A DNA stretch of 64,000 bases from Chitinophagales bacterium (GCA_038323375.1 JBBQGV010000015.1:974-64973), one strand, 5' to 3'; positions 10,170 through 21,105 are shown, counted from the stretch's first letter. The notes: generated by a model not told the origin, from the sequence alone. Translations and numbers: made by a program.

Positions 10170-11300
10170 ATGAAAAGGACTATCCTATTTTCTATAATCG
10201 CCCTTGCTTTTTCGGCCTGCACGTCAGGCAGCGGCGATGACCTCGCCTCTAAAAGGGCGCAATTGGCTGCTTTTCAGACCCAAAAGAACGAACTGGAAGA
10301 CAAAATTCTGCAATTGGAGGCCGAAATCGCTAAAATGAGCGAAGGTACCGTACAGCGCGAAATCGCCAAAGCAGTGACTTTGGAAACGCTCCAGACTTCT
10401 CCGTTTTCTCACTACATCGAGGTGCGCGGGAACATCGAGGCGAAGCAAAGCCAGAGCGTGAATGCCGGAATGCCCGGTCAGTTGAAAAAGGTCTATGTAG
10501 TAGAGGGCCAACAAGTGTCGAAAGGGCAGTTGATCGCCGAAGTAGACGCCACTTCCATGCGGCAATCCATGCGGCAATTGGAGATCAATATTGAAACGGC
10601 CAAGACCGTGTACGAACGCCAGCAAAAACTGTGGGAGCAAAAAATTGGTAGCGAAATCCAGTACATCCAGGCCAAATCGGGCTACGAGTCGCTCGTTCTA
10701 CAATTGGCTTCCGTGAAAGAGCAGTTTAAATACGCCAGAATTACTGCCCCGATTGGTGGCACGGTTGATGCGGTGTATCTGAAAACGGGTCAATCCGTGG
10801 CACCGGGAATGCCGGTTGTGAACATCGTCAATACGTCTGACCTGCGCGCAGTAGCCAAAGTTCCGGATTCTTACTCAGATAAAGTGCGTGAAGGGTTGTC
10901 GGTAAAAATCATGCTGCCCGACACCAAAGATACCATCAACAGCAAAATCATTCTGGTGAGCAAGGCCATCAACCAAATGTCCAGAACCTTTACGGTAGAA
11001 TGCGCGGTGCCCGCAAGATCAAACATCAAGCCCAATATGTATGCGGTCGTTTCGATCAACGACCAGAACCTGAGCAATGCACTCATCGTGTCGGAAAACA
11101 TCGTTCAGTCGGACGAAAAAGGCAAGTTTATCCTGATTGCGGTCGAAAAAGACGGCAAATCCCGGGCAGAAAAACGCTACGTGGTGACCGGATTGTCGTA
11201 CAACGGCAAAATCCAGATCAAATCAGGTCTCAACGCCGGTGAAAAAATTATTTCGATGGGCTACCAGACGGTGACGGACGGACAGTTGCTGACGCTTTAG
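10170..11300 (+). CDS. efflux RND transporter periplasmic adaptor (HlyD/MFP) lipoprotein
   Basis: Lipobox ALAFSAC, then coiled-coil, lipoyl and beta-barrel segments (ITAPIGGTV). Start taken at the ATG at 10170. Confidence 0.85.
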   Translation: MKRTILFSIIALAFSACTSGSGDDLASKRAQLAAFQTQKNELEDKILQLEAEIAKMSEGTVQREIAKAVTLETLQTSPFSHYIEVRGNIEAKQSQSVNAGMPGQLKKVYVVEGQQVSKGQLIAEVDATSMRQSMRQLEINIETAKTVYERQQKLWEQKIGSEIQYIQAKSGYESLVLQLASVKEQFKYARITAPIGGTVDAVYLKTGQSVAPGMPVVNIVNTSDLRAVAKVPDSYSDKVREGLSVKIMLPDTKDTINSKIILVSKAINQMSRTFTVECAVPARSNIKPNMYAVVSINDQNLSNALIVSENIVQSDEKGKFILIAVEKDGKSRAEKRYVVTGLSYNGKIQIKSGLNAGEKIISMGYQTVTDGQLLTL

Positions 11301-11537
11301 GTTAGCCCCCTAACCCCCAAAGGGGGGAATTCGTTGTTCGTTGTTCGTTAGCGTCAGGATGGATTGAAAGGGATATTCCTAACATAGTTTCTTACGACAC
11401 GATCATCGCTTATTGTCGCATCATCGTTGTCCCCAACGAACAACACTTAACGAACAACGATTCTGACACCAAATCGGCCAATTTTCATTAGTACGGCTCA
11501 AAATCCCCCTTGGGGATTGAGGGCTAAAACACACCTA
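11301..11537. repeat. about 237-bp element with about 50-bp imperfect terminal inverted repeats between the adaptor and pump genes
   Basis: The left end is TTAGCCCCCTAACCCCCAAAGGGGGGAATTCGTTGTTCGTTGTTCGTTA. The right end is its imperfect reverse complement (...TAACGAACAACGA...CCCCCTTGGGGATTGAGGGCTAA). Confidence 0.5.
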
Positions 11538-11538
11538 T

Positions 11539-14500
11539 ATGGATTTCCTAAAACATATAAAAGAATTCAAGCCTACCAGTTGGTCCATCAACAACAAAAC
11601 CAGCGTGTATATCTTTACGATACTCATCACGCTGACGGGGCTTTCCATTTTCATCAGCATTCCCAAAGAGCAGTTTCCCGACGTGGTGATTCCGACGATT
11701 TTCGTTTCGACGATTTATCCGGAAGGTGCGAACCCGGAAGACATTGAAAAGCTCATCACCAAACCCATTGAAAACCAGCTTAAATCCATCAACGGCGTCA
11801 AGCGCGTAACGAGTCGCTCGGTTCCGAACCTTTCTTTGGTCACCGTTGAATTCAACACCGACGTGGAGACTGCCGAAGCCAAACAAAAGGTAAGCGACGC
11901 GGTGGATAAGGCCAAAAACGACCTGCCTACCGACCTCGACCAGGATCCCCAGATTCAGGAAGTGGACATTTCGGAGCAACCCATCATGCAGGTGAATATT
12001 GTGGGCGATTTGCCGCTGACGCAATTGAACAAATACGCTAAAGACCTGGAGGATAAGATTGAAGGTCTCAAAGAAATCACCCGGGTAGATGTCATCGGCG
12101 CACCCAAGCGCGAAATTCAGGTGAATATTGATTTGTACAAAATGCAAATGTCGGGCTTTTCTTTTTCCGACATTGAAAGCGCCATTGCCGGCCAGAACGT
12201 AAACATTTCGGCAGGGGAATTGCGCATCAATGAATTGCGGCGCACGCTGCGGGTCATTGGCGAGTTCAAGAACATGAGCGATATTGAGAACATCATGGTG
12301 CGTTCATTCCGGGGCAATGCCGCTTTTTTGAGAGACATCGCTACGGTGACTGACGGGTTTGAAGAAAAACAGGATTTTGCACGCCTTGACGGCAAAGCGG
12401 TCATTACCCTCAGTGTCATCAAACGCGCAGGCCAGAACCTAATTGGCGCATCCGAAAAAATTGTGGCCATCACGGACGAATACCAACGCACCAAGCTGCC
12501 ACCGGGCGCAGGCATCACGATCACCGGCGATACAGCCGATCAAACCAAAGTGCAGCTCAATGACCTGATCAATACCGTCATTCTGGGCTTTTTGTTCGTT
12601 TTCTTTATCCTGCTGTTTTTTATGGGACTGGAAAGCGCTTTTTTTGTGGCTTTGGCAGTACCGTTGTCCACCATGCTTGCTTTCCTCTTCATGCCTTCGC
12701 TGGGTTTCACGCTGAACATCATGGTTTTGTTCTCGTTGCTGCTGGCGTTGGGGATTATTGTGGACGACGCCATTGTGGTCATTGAAAATACGCACCGGAT
12801 TTTTCATCAGCATCCGGAAATTGACATCAAAACGGCAGCCAAAGCGGCGGCGGGTGAGGTGTTTGCCCCGGTATTGGCAGGTACCCTGACCACGATTGCG
12901 CCGTTTTTCCCGTTACTTTTCTGGCCGGGCATTGCCGGTAAGTTCATGAAGTTTCTGCCGATGACCCTGATCATCACCTTGTTTGCATCCTTGTTCGTCG
13001 CCTTCATCATGAACCCCGTTTTTGCGGTGGATACCATGAAACGCGAAGATGCAGTTAGGAAATCGAAATTTCGGAGAACGTTGCGCCCCATGGCTATTTT
13101 CGGCGTTTTGGCCCTGATTTCTTATTTGGCGGGCAGTCTGCTGATGGGGAACTTAGCCATGGTTTTAGTTTTTTCGGTACCTTTATACATCTTCATCATC
13201 CAACCCGTTGCAGAAGGATTCCAGTTAGGGGCATGGCCAGCTTTCATCCGCGGCTACCGAAATGTGTTGAATTTCCTGGTCAACCGCCGGGGTATGCCTT
13301 ATGTGGCTATTTTCAGCACGGTGGTGTTGTTGTTCCTGTCCATCGGTTTATTTGTTGCCTCCAATCCCAAAGTGGAATTTTTCCCGGAAGGGCAACCCAA
13401 TTTTGCGTTTGTCTATTGTAAATTGCCGGTAGGAACCGATGCCAGCGTAACCGACTCGTTGACCAAATTGATCGAAAAGAAGGTGTACGAAGTCATTGGG
13501 CAAAACAACCCGAACGTCAAATCGGTGATCACCAACGTCGGCATCGGCGCAGGCGACCCGATGGATCCCGACCGCGTTGTGACGCCGCACAAGAGCAAGG
13601 TGGCCGTGGCTTTCGTTCCGTTCGAAAAGCGCCGCGATTTCAATACCGCTGAAACCCTGAATAAAATCAGGGAAAACATCAAAGGCATCCCGGGCGCTGA
13701 AATTTCTGTGGAAAAAGAACCCAGCGGCCCGCCCGTAGGCAAGCCGATTACCGTTGAAATTGGCGGCGACGACTACGAAACCCTGGCAGGGATTCAGACC
13801 GAAGTGATTAATAAAATTGCAGCCGCAGGGATTGAAGGCATTGAAGATTTGCGCTCCGACCTCGTGCGCAACAAGCCAGAAATCCTGATCAAGGTGGATG
13901 TGCCCAAAGCGCAGGCCGACGGATTGAGCAGTGCCCAGATCGTGTTAGACATCCGAAAAGCGCTTTTTGGTTCGGAAGCCTCCAAGTTCCGCGACGCTGA
14001 AGAAGATGAAGATACGCCCATTATGGTGCGCCTTGATCCGGTTTACCGCGACCGACTGGAGGACTTGATGAACATGGAAATTGCCTTTATGGATATGGGT
14101 TCGGGCATGTTCAAACAAGTTCCGATTTCCGCTTACGCTACCATTGAATACACCACAACCTTCACCGGCATCAACCGCAAAGGCTTCCGACGGGTGGTGA
14201 CGTTGGGCTCGAATGTGTTGGGCGGTTACAATGCCAACGAAATTGTAGGGCAAATCAACCAGGTCATTTCTACCCTCGATTTGCCGGAAGGCTACGACGT
14301 GAAGATGACCGGCGAGCAGGAAGACCAGGCGGAAACCACCGGCTTCCTTGGTTCGGCGTTCCTCGGCGCACTGGCGCTAATGTTCCTGATCATGGTGACG
14401 CAGTTTAACAGCGGCTCCAAACCGTTCATCATTTTTTCAACCGTTTTGTTCAGCCTCATCGGGGTGTTCCTCGGGCACGCCATCACCGGCATGACCATGT

Positions 14501-14961
14501 CCATCATCATGACCGGGGTCGGGATTTTTGCCCTTTCGGGAATTGTGATCCGAAACGGGATTCTGCTGCTGGAATTTGCGGACGTGTTGCAACAACGCGG
14601 CGTCCCATTCCGGGAAGCCATCATCGAAGCCGGTACCACCAGGATCACGCCGGTATTCCTGACGGCCATCTGTTCCATCGCAGGGTTGATTCCGTTAGCC
14701 ATCGGCTTGAATATGAGTTTCTCCAGCCTGCTGACCACCGGGCATGCACATTTTTACCTCGGCGGCGACAACGTTGCGTTCTGGGGCCCACTGGCGTGGA
14801 CGATGATTTTTGGTCTGATTGTAGCCACCTTCCTGACGTTGCTGGTGGTGCCTTGTATGCTGTATGCTTATGAAAGCTTCCGCAAAGGGGTATCGAACGT
14901 GCTCGGCCGTAGCCTTGTACGCAAGAAAGAACCGCAGGTAGAAGAATACCTATCAGAATAA
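11539..14961 (+). CDS. efflux RND transporter permease (AcrB/AcrD/AcrF family)
   Basis: 1140-aa ORF with a 12-TM layout, two large periplasmic loops and conserved RND motifs (VDDAIVVIEN). Confidence 0.95.
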   Translation: MDFLKHIKEFKPTSWSINNKTSVYIFTILITLTGLSIFISIPKEQFPDVVIPTIFVSTIYPEGANPEDIEKLITKPIENQLKSINGVKRVTSRSVPNLSLVTVEFNTDVETAEAKQKVSDAVDKAKNDLPTDLDQDPQIQEVDISEQPIMQVNIVGDLPLTQLNKYAKDLEDKIEGLKEITRVDVIGAPKREIQVNIDLYKMQMSGFSFSDIESAIAGQNVNISAGELRINELRRTLRVIGEFKNMSDIENIMVRSFRGNAAFLRDIATVTDGFEEKQDFARLDGKAVITLSVIKRAGQNLIGASEKIVAITDEYQRTKLPPGAGITITGDTADQTKVQLNDLINTVILGFLFVFFILLFFMGLESAFFVALAVPLSTMLAFLFMPSLGFTLNIMVLFSLLLALGIIVDDAIVVIENTHRIFHQHPEIDIKTAAKAAAGEVFAPVLAGTLTTIAPFFPLLFWPGIAGKFMKFLPMTLIITLFASLFVAFIMNPVFAVDTMKREDAVRKSKFRRTLRPMAIFGVLALISYLAGSLLMGNLAMVLVFSVPLYIFIIQPVAEGFQLGAWPAFIRGYRNVLNFLVNRRGMPYVAIFSTVVLLFLSIGLFVASNPKVEFFPEGQPNFAFVYCKLPVGTDASVTDSLTKLIEKKVYEVIGQNNPNVKSVITNVGIGAGDPMDPDRVVTPHKSKVAVAFVPFEKRRDFNTAETLNKIRENIKGIPGAEISVEKEPSGPPVGKPITVEIGGDDYETLAGIQTEVINKIAAAGIEGIEDLRSDLVRNKPEILIKVDVPKAQADGLSSAQIVLDIRKALFGSEASKFRDAEEDEDTPIMVRLDPVYRDRLEDLMNMEIAFMDMGSGMFKQVPISAYATIEYTTTFTGINRKGFRRVVTLGSNVLGGYNANEIVGQINQVISTLDLPEGYDVKMTGEQEDQAETTGFLGSAFLGALALMFLIMVTQFNSGSKPFIIFSTVLFSLIGVFLGHAITGMTMSIIMTGVGIFALSGIVIRNGILLLEFADVLQQRGVPFREAIIEAGTTRITPVFLTAICSIAGLIPLAIGLNMSFSSLLTTGHAHFYLGGDNVAFWGPLAWTMIFGLIVATFLTLLVVPCMLYAYESFRKGVSNVLGRSLVRKKEPQVEEYLSE

Positions 14962-15002
14962 CGCAACAGCAAGACCTCTTTCTGAACCGGAATTTATGAT
15001 TA

Positions 15003-15039
15003 GCGGTCCTGCGACTTGGAGTTGCAGGACCGCTTTTTT
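15003..15039. terminator. bidirectional Rho-independent-type hairpin between convergent genes
   Basis: GCGGTCCTGC-N11-GCAGGACCGC followed by TTTTTT. Confidence 0.6.
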
Positions 15040-15041
15040 GT

Positions 15042-16577
15042 CTATTCCAGCACCACAAACTTCTGCAATGGCAATGGCCCCCGCTCTGATTGGACGGACA
15101 AAAAATAAATACCCGCTGACAAGCCGCTTATGGCCATGCCCGCCACGCCGCCATTAAATTCCAGCATGTCCTGTTTCACTAGCTTGCCCAGCGCGTCATA
15201 AATCCGTACCGAGGTTCGGTGCAGCCCGGGTTCCCCAGTTTCTACCGACACCCGATCGCGGGCAGGGTTGGGATAAATGTTCAGGGCCTCCCAAAGTGGC
15301 AGCGCCTCCTCCACCCCCACCACCAACTCACAAGGTGGCGCAGGCGTTTCCCCCTCCACCAAAGGCCCAAGGCGGTAATTGGGAAAATGCGGCATACTCC
15401 GAAACATCGGATAAGGCAATTGAATAGCGTGCTGCTCCACGCCACAAGCCAACCCTGGCTCATCCGGATAGTGGATGACGTGAATGACGTCACAACTGTT
15501 GCAATAGCAGTACATGCGGCAGTCGGGGCCTAATTGAAGCCGTTCAAACCAGGTTTCAAACGGCGAAACGTATCCATCATATTCTGCCACTACCTGCACA
15601 CTACCTGCAATGTCTTCCACTTCCGTATCGAACTGCATCATCGTTTCTGAAGTGGTGATGTAGAGATAGCGGGAATTCGGGGAAAACGCCGCGCCGCCCA
15701 CCGGGTAATCGTCGTTTTCAATGGGGATATACTGAAAATTGCTCAACAAACCCGTGCTGCGGTCAAAATCATATAAATGGATGCCGTCTATCGGGGAATA
15801 ATTGACATATTTACTGCCATCGGGGGAGAAGTTGGCTTGACCGGAACCTTGGCCTAATCGCGTAGAAGAATCCCCTATTGTTTGTAAAAAAGGCCCATGT
15901 AGTCCAGTTTCGTCTAACAATAAATGATAATGTTTGTTAGATAAATATTCTCTGGTGAAAATCCACCAAATTTCACCATTTGCATGTTTTACTGCGGTCA
16001 ATTCTCCAAAATTAAGAGTATCTTCAATTACTGGTTCGTTTTTAATGATAACTCGTCCCAAACCCTCATTAGCATTCATGTCTATTTCGGTGACATACAA
16101 TACATTAGTTAAAACATCGAAAACAGGGTTTGTTACATATATGATTCCTAAATGCAGTAAGTAATACTGATTAGAACTACTTGGACTTGGAAGCGCTAAG
16201 ACACTTTGGCGACCTGCCGTATATCCGCCTAACGATCCGTCGCATTGAGCTGAGTGTACTTGTCCCGGATTTAAATTGTTTCCATTTTCCATCAACCCAT
16301 GATTGGCATTTGCTATTTGACAACCATTTGTATAAAACGCAAGATCGCCCGTAGCACTACTCATTATTGCTACGCTACCAAAAAGGCTTAGCAAGAGATT
16401 TCTACTTCCAGTTATAACGGTAGATTCATTAAAATCGAGAAAAGAGCCTTCAATTCCAGGAATCGTATCGTTATAATCATAGCCAAAAAGCCAGATGTAG
16501 TCATGTTTTTGAGCAATCAACTTAGCACTGAAAATAAAAAGCATGATGAGAAAGAAGTATTTCTTTTTCATGACCAA
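15042..16577 (-). CDS. secreted T9SS C-terminal-domain protein
   Basis: 511-aa ORF. Signal peptide MVMKKKYFFLIMLFIFSAKLIAQ. C-terminal NIYPNPARDRVSVE... CTD. Confidence 0.65.
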   Translation of the reverse strand: MVMKKKYFFLIMLFIFSAKLIAQKHDYIWLFGYDYNDTIPGIEGSFLDFNESTVITGSRNLLLSLFGSVAIMSSATGDLAFYTNGCQIANANHGLMENGNNLNPGQVHSAQCDGSLGGYTAGRQSVLALPSPSSSNQYYLLHLGIIYVTNPVFDVLTNVLYVTEIDMNANEGLGRVIIKNEPVIEDTLNFGELTAVKHANGEIWWIFTREYLSNKHYHLLLDETGLHGPFLQTIGDSSTRLGQGSGQANFSPDGSKYVNYSPIDGIHLYDFDRSTGLLSNFQYIPIENDDYPVGGAAFSPNSRYLYITTSETMMQFDTEVEDIAGSVQVVAEYDGYVSPFETWFERLQLGPDCRMYCYCNSCDVIHVIHYPDEPGLACGVEQHAIQLPYPMFRSMPHFPNYRLGPLVEGETPAPPCELVVGVEEALPLWEALNIYPNPARDRVSVETGEPGLHRTSVRIYDALGKLVKQDMLEFNGGVAGMAISGLSAGIYFLSVQSERGPLPLQKFVVLE

Positions 16578-16637
16578 ATATGTTAACAGGCGATAACCGA
16601 CAAGGAGGCTATCGCCTGAGTGATTGAAGGAATAATG

Positions 16638-17414
16638 TTATCTGACTACGGAAAACTTGGCCGCGGGCAATGTAAGGTTTTCTCCTTCTACTTGCAGAAA
16701 GTAGATGCCCGGCAAAAGATCGTTTACGTCAAATGAAGCAGTACCGGATTCCAAAGCTAATGTCGCAGTCTTCAGCTTTTTGCCAAGTACATTGTAAATC
16801 ACCACATCCACTTGCGTTGTCTCTTTGAGATTGGTTGTTAATGCAATCCAGTCAGCCGCAGGGTTAGGATATAGGCTAATCGAAGGCAATGCTGCCGGCG
16901 ACGGCTGGCGGCGCAAAGGCACAGCAATGGTACACAAGACGGAGTCTTCGTAAGTGGTGTCCGGAGCAACCAAAGCGTACAGGCTGCGCGCAAAATAAAC
17001 CGCTTGCCCCCCTTCCAACGGGCACATTGTGGCGATGGCCAGCAGGGTATCTTTTTGGGTATTCGTGAAGGTATCTATACCCGAAGCAATGGAATTAAAA
17101 AACAGGCGGTTGACAATCTGAAGCATTTCGGCGGGCGTCTCCGTCGTCGTAATGGCGTCGTTATCCGTTTTTAGTGCGGCAAGGCCGGCTTCTGAGTCTT
17201 CCAAAATCCGAATCCCAAGCGTATCTAAGGAGAAACCAATAGCCGATGCAGCGGCAACAATCGCTGCTTTCAACCCCAGCAGGCTGTCCGCTTCGGCTTC
17301 TGTGGAAGCGGTGTTGGCCTGAATACTGAGGCTGAGTAAGGCTTCAAATTTTGTTACCAACAGGCTATCGTACGCTGCGAGGTCTTCCAGGTCTTTTTCT
17401 GCGGGTATCAACAC
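16638..17414 (-). CDS. T9SS CTD-bearing ORF without a signal peptide; probably the 3' part of a frameshifted gene
   Basis: 258-aa ORF with a GTG start and a C-terminal SLYPNPAADWIALT... CTD. It overlaps the upstream ORF by 7 nt in a different frame. Confidence 0.5.
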   Translation of the reverse strand: MLIPAEKDLEDLAAYDSLLVTKFEALLSLSIQANTASTEAEADSLLGLKAAIVAAASAIGFSLDTLGIRILEDSEAGLAALKTDNDAITTTETPAEMLQIVNRLFFNSIASGIDTFTNTQKDTLLAIATMCPLEGGQAVYFARSLYALVAPDTTYEDSVLCTIAVPLRRQPSPAALPSISLYPNPAADWIALTTNLKETTQVDVVIYNVLGKKLKTATLALESGTASFDVNDLLPGIYFLQVEGENLTLPAAKFSVVR

Positions 17415-19336
17415 CGCTTGAGCAGGCCAATGTAGTGGTCTTTGAATTCGTTGCCGCGGAGCAAGGAGCCTTCGTTCAGCCCAAAAAACTGGATGCCAAG
17501 TTCGGTTTCATCCATGATGTTGCAGGTTACATTGCTGCTTGTGGAGTTGGCACCGAAAATCCCCTTTGTTTCGGTAAAGGAGACGGCGTCCGGTTCGATA
17601 ATTTCATTGCAACTCACTAAGGGTTTCCAGGAACCCAAAAAACGAATGCCATCGTATTCGACATTGTCATCTGCCATAAAAATGGTATTGTTGACTATTT
17701 TGATAAAACTGCCTGAAGTAACCTGAATGCCGGTACGGGCATTCGACAGGGCAATGAAATTATCCAGAACTTTGTAAACACCCTCAAATCCGATCGGGGT
17801 TTCATTTATCCGTATTCCGATGGCATCCGGAAGCGTACCCACTTCATCCATAGATATATCGTTGTTTTGGATGGTAGCGTAACTTGGTATGTTTTCCAGC
17901 AAATGAATACCTGCCTGAGAAGCTTCTATTACATTATTATAAATATTGAAGCGCCCACTAAAGTTCACCCTCACTCCGTAAATAACATTCGTCATATAGT
18001 TGTCTGTAACTGTCAGGCGGGTTCCGGAGCAACTAATTGCACCGAAGCAGTTAATAAATGTTGGAGCATAGTCTTTGCCTAAGCCTTTTTGCTGAAAAAG
18101 CCGTTGACCAGTTGAACCGCCGGTGGTGCGAATAGCATAACCTGAGCCCGGAGTGCCCGCAGTTACGATGTTTTCAAAGCTGTTGTAATTGCAAACTACA
18201 TTACTTTCATAAGAAAGGATGCCGTTGCGCAGGTTTTTGAAATGGTTTTTTAATGTTTTATTAGGCGCTGAAATATCAATAGCCGAAAGGTTGGAGAGTG
18301 ATATCCCTGTTAGTCCTTTTTGGCCTGCATAAGGTGGCAACAGGCCGCCTTCTATTAAAAAAGTATTGTTGGACAAGCGGGTAACATTTACAGCGCCAAA
18401 TTCATTCTTGCTTTGGGCACGAAGACTGATCAGGTTATTGATAAAATCCGTATTCGCTATATTCAGTGTTGACCCTGCCCCGGCGAATATCGCATCTTTG
18501 CCATCCCGTATAGTGCAATTAATAACCACCAATTCGCCGCCTGGTTTGACTTCAATAGCATCCCACATGGCTTCGCAGCCATAAATTTCTACGTTGATCA
18601 GGGTAAGTTTTTGGCCGTTCAATACAATGATTTTTGCGTTTTCTTTCATAATGATGGTCCCTGGAGCAATAAAGGATCGAAAACAATAGTCTTCATCAAC
18701 AATTAATGTACCGTCAATTACAAGATTATCCATCTGGCACTCATTCTCATTCACGCAGCATACCTCAACGAGAGGAGCGTCCGGGTCAACGATGCTTTGC
18801 TGAGCTTCCGATACCTCAACTGTACCTTCAATGATACCAAAATCGCCTAAGAGAACTATATTACCTGCAGCATCACCTGAACCAGGAACACCAACAACAC
18901 CTGCTTCTACTGAAACCGGTACGTTTCCTGAGAGAGGTAATGTCTCCTCACTAAGTCTAAGTTGAAAATAATAAATCTTGGTTTCGTTCGCCGCAAAAGA
19001 TGCAGTTCTGTCTATTTTTACATAGGTAAGTGGCGGGAATTCTTCAGTATAAGGCGTTCCAAAACCTGGAGCGGTACATATTTCCAGTGTTGACTCTACA
19101 AATGCAATGGTAATTTCTACTGTAGCAGCAGCGCCTAAATTTTTGACCTCTGCTGTAAATTCGATGCACCCGCAGTAACGATTATCCAACGTATTCGAAT
19201 TGTTACTTAACGACACGTCTATGACAGGCGTAAATACCGGGGTAGAAGCAGTTGCGTGATTAGTCATGAGTAAGCAGGAAAAAAGTAAAAGAGTGATCAG
19301 GTAGACGGTAGACGGTAGACGTCTCCCAGATTGCAA
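17408..19336 (-). CDS. secreted right-handed beta-helix repeat protein; probably the 5' part of a frameshifted T9SS cargo gene
   Basis: 642-aa ORF with a signal peptide and repetitive N-x-I/V beta-helix-like repeats. It has no CTD of its own. Confidence 0.55.
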   Translation of the reverse strand: MQSGRRLPSTVYLITLLLFSCLLMTNHATASTPVFTPVIDVSLSNNSNTLDNRYCGCIEFTAEVKNLGAAATVEITIAFVESTLEICTAPGFGTPYTEEFPPLTYVKIDRTASFAANETKIYYFQLRLSEETLPLSGNVPVSVEAGVVGVPGSGDAAGNIVLLGDFGIIEGTVEVSEAQQSIVDPDAPLVEVCCVNENECQMDNLVIDGTLIVDEDYCFRSFIAPGTIIMKENAKIIVLNGQKLTLINVEIYGCEAMWDAIEVKPGGELVVINCTIRDGKDAIFAGAGSTLNIANTDFINNLISLRAQSKNEFGAVNVTRLSNNTFLIEGGLLPPYAGQKGLTGISLSNLSAIDISAPNKTLKNHFKNLRNGILSYESNVVCNYNSFENIVTAGTPGSGYAIRTTGGSTGQRLFQQKGLGKDYAPTFINCFGAISCSGTRLTVTDNYMTNVIYGVRVNFSGRFNIYNNVIEASQAGIHLLENIPSYATIQNNDISMDEVGTLPDAIGIRINETPIGFEGVYKVLDNFIALSNARTGIQVTSGSFIKIVNNTIFMADDNVEYDGIRFLGSWKPLVSCNEIIEPDAVSFTETKGIFGANSTSSNVTCNIMDETELGIQFFGLNEGSLLRGNEFKDHYIGLLKRC

Positions 19337-19788
19337 GGCAATGCGTTTGGTTTTTTCATAATTATTAGAAATTTGGTTAAATGATGGTCGTAATTTAATT
19401 GATTCAAATTAATTATCCAAATTTATACAGTTAATTTGTAAGACATTATACAAAAAAACATATCCATCCTGCGACTTGAAGCCGCTGGGCCGCTTTTCGT
19501 TCCTCCATTATTTTAGCCGGTTTGTGCTCCATGGAAAAACACGAAGCATTCTACCTCCTTGAGAGAAGTCAGCATCCAGACTTTTACTGAAAAAGTCGTA
19601 GTACCACTTTTGTTGACTTACTTCATAGTTATTTAGACCAATTACATGTTTCACAAAAGGATAAAAAAGTAGTAACATTTTCAGCCAACTTCCGTTTGAC
19701 CATTTTACAGGGTTAATCAGTTTTTCATAACCTGTAGGCTATTTCACACACACGATACTTATTCCACGAACTTGAAAAGACATTTTAT

Positions 19789-21105
19789 ATGCGTAAGACT
19801 TACTTAGTTTTTTTCACAATTATGGCATTTATATTTGCCTGCAAGCATGAGTCTTTTGGTACCCTTGACCTGGAGATGACGCAACTCATCGGAGACTTGA
19901 AGCAATATCGCCTCCCCAACAGCGATGATTACGCCAATATTCCACAATCTTCGGCAAATCCGCTCACGGCAAACAAAGTGAGCCTCGGCAAAATGTTGTT
20001 CTTTGAGCCGGGCTTCGGCGTAGAGGCCACGCACGCTGAAAACAGGCGGACTTTTACTTGTGCTTCCTGCCATATTCCTTCCGCCGGATTCCGTCCCGGG
20101 CGCTTTCAGGGCATTGCCGATGGCGGCCTGGGCATCGGACTTAACGGCGAAGGCCGGATGATGTCTTCCATTTACGTTCCCAGCGAAATTGACGCGCAAG
20201 GTGCCCGCCCGCTAAGCGTGCTGAATGTGGCTTTTGTAAGCAATACCATGTGGAACGGATCTTTTGGCTCGGAGGGGGTTAACGTGGGTACAGAAGCCCG
20301 CTGGGGGGTAGCCGACCCGGGCACGGCCATCAACCACGAACGATTGGGTGCCCTGGAAGGCCAGAATATTGAAGGGTTAAAAGTCCACCGACTGCTATAT
20401 ACCAAAGAACTCGTGGAAGCGAACGGCTACAAACAGTTCTTCGATGAAGCCTTTCCGGATGTGCCCACAGCCGAGCGCTACACCCGCAAAACGGCCAGCT
20501 TTGCCATCTCTGCCTACCTGCGTTCGCTGCTGACTACCGAAGCGCCGTTTCAGCGTTGGCTGAAAGGAGACCGGGCAGCTATGAGCGACGATCAAAAACG
20601 CGGCGCCATTGCATTTTTTGGAAAAGCCGGCTGCAACCGCTGCCACAATGAGCCAAACCTTGGTTCTGTAACCTTTCAGGCGCTCGGCGTAGAAGATTTG
20701 TTTGAAAACGGCGGCTTAAAAACTTCGGAAGCAGACCTGCGCAATCTGGGCCGCGGCGGCTTCACCGGAAATCCGGAAGATTTATATAAATTCCGGGTTC
20801 CGCAGCTTTATAACCTGGGCGATTCCGGCCCCTATTTCCACGGCAGCAGCAAACAAACGCTGGAAGAAGTGGTCGAATACTTCAACAATGGCGTCCACGA
20901 AAATCCGAGGGTGCCCGTGAGCCAGATTTCGCCTTTTTTCCACCCGCTCGGCTTGAACGAAGAAGAGAAAAAAGACTTAGTTGCTTTTATCCGCGACGGG
21001 TTGAGGGATCCGAATTTGCAGCGGTACGTTCCTGAGCAAATCATGTCTGGTTTGTGTTTTCCGAATAATGACTATGTGTCGCAGGCGCAAACGGGTTGTA
21101 ATTAG
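19789..21105 (+). CDS. di-haem cytochrome c peroxidase
   Basis: 438-aa ORF with two CxxCH motifs (CASCH, CNRCH) and an N-terminal lipoprotein/signal sequence. Confidence 0.85.
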   Translation: MRKTYLVFFTIMAFIFACKHESFGTLDLEMTQLIGDLKQYRLPNSDDYANIPQSSANPLTANKVSLGKMLFFEPGFGVEATHAENRRTFTCASCHIPSAGFRPGRFQGIADGGLGIGLNGEGRMMSSIYVPSEIDAQGARPLSVLNVAFVSNTMWNGSFGSEGVNVGTEARWGVADPGTAINHERLGALEGQNIEGLKVHRLLYTKELVEANGYKQFFDEAFPDVPTAERYTRKTASFAISAYLRSLLTTEAPFQRWLKGDRAAMSDDQKRGAIAFFGKAGCNRCHNEPNLGSVTFQALGVEDLFENGGLKTSEADLRNLGRGGFTGNPEDLYKFRVPQLYNLGDSGPYFHGSSKQTLEEVVEYFNNGVHENPRVPVSQISPFFHPLGLNEEEKKDLVAFIRDGLRDPNLQRYVPEQIMSGLCFPNNDYVSQAQTGCN

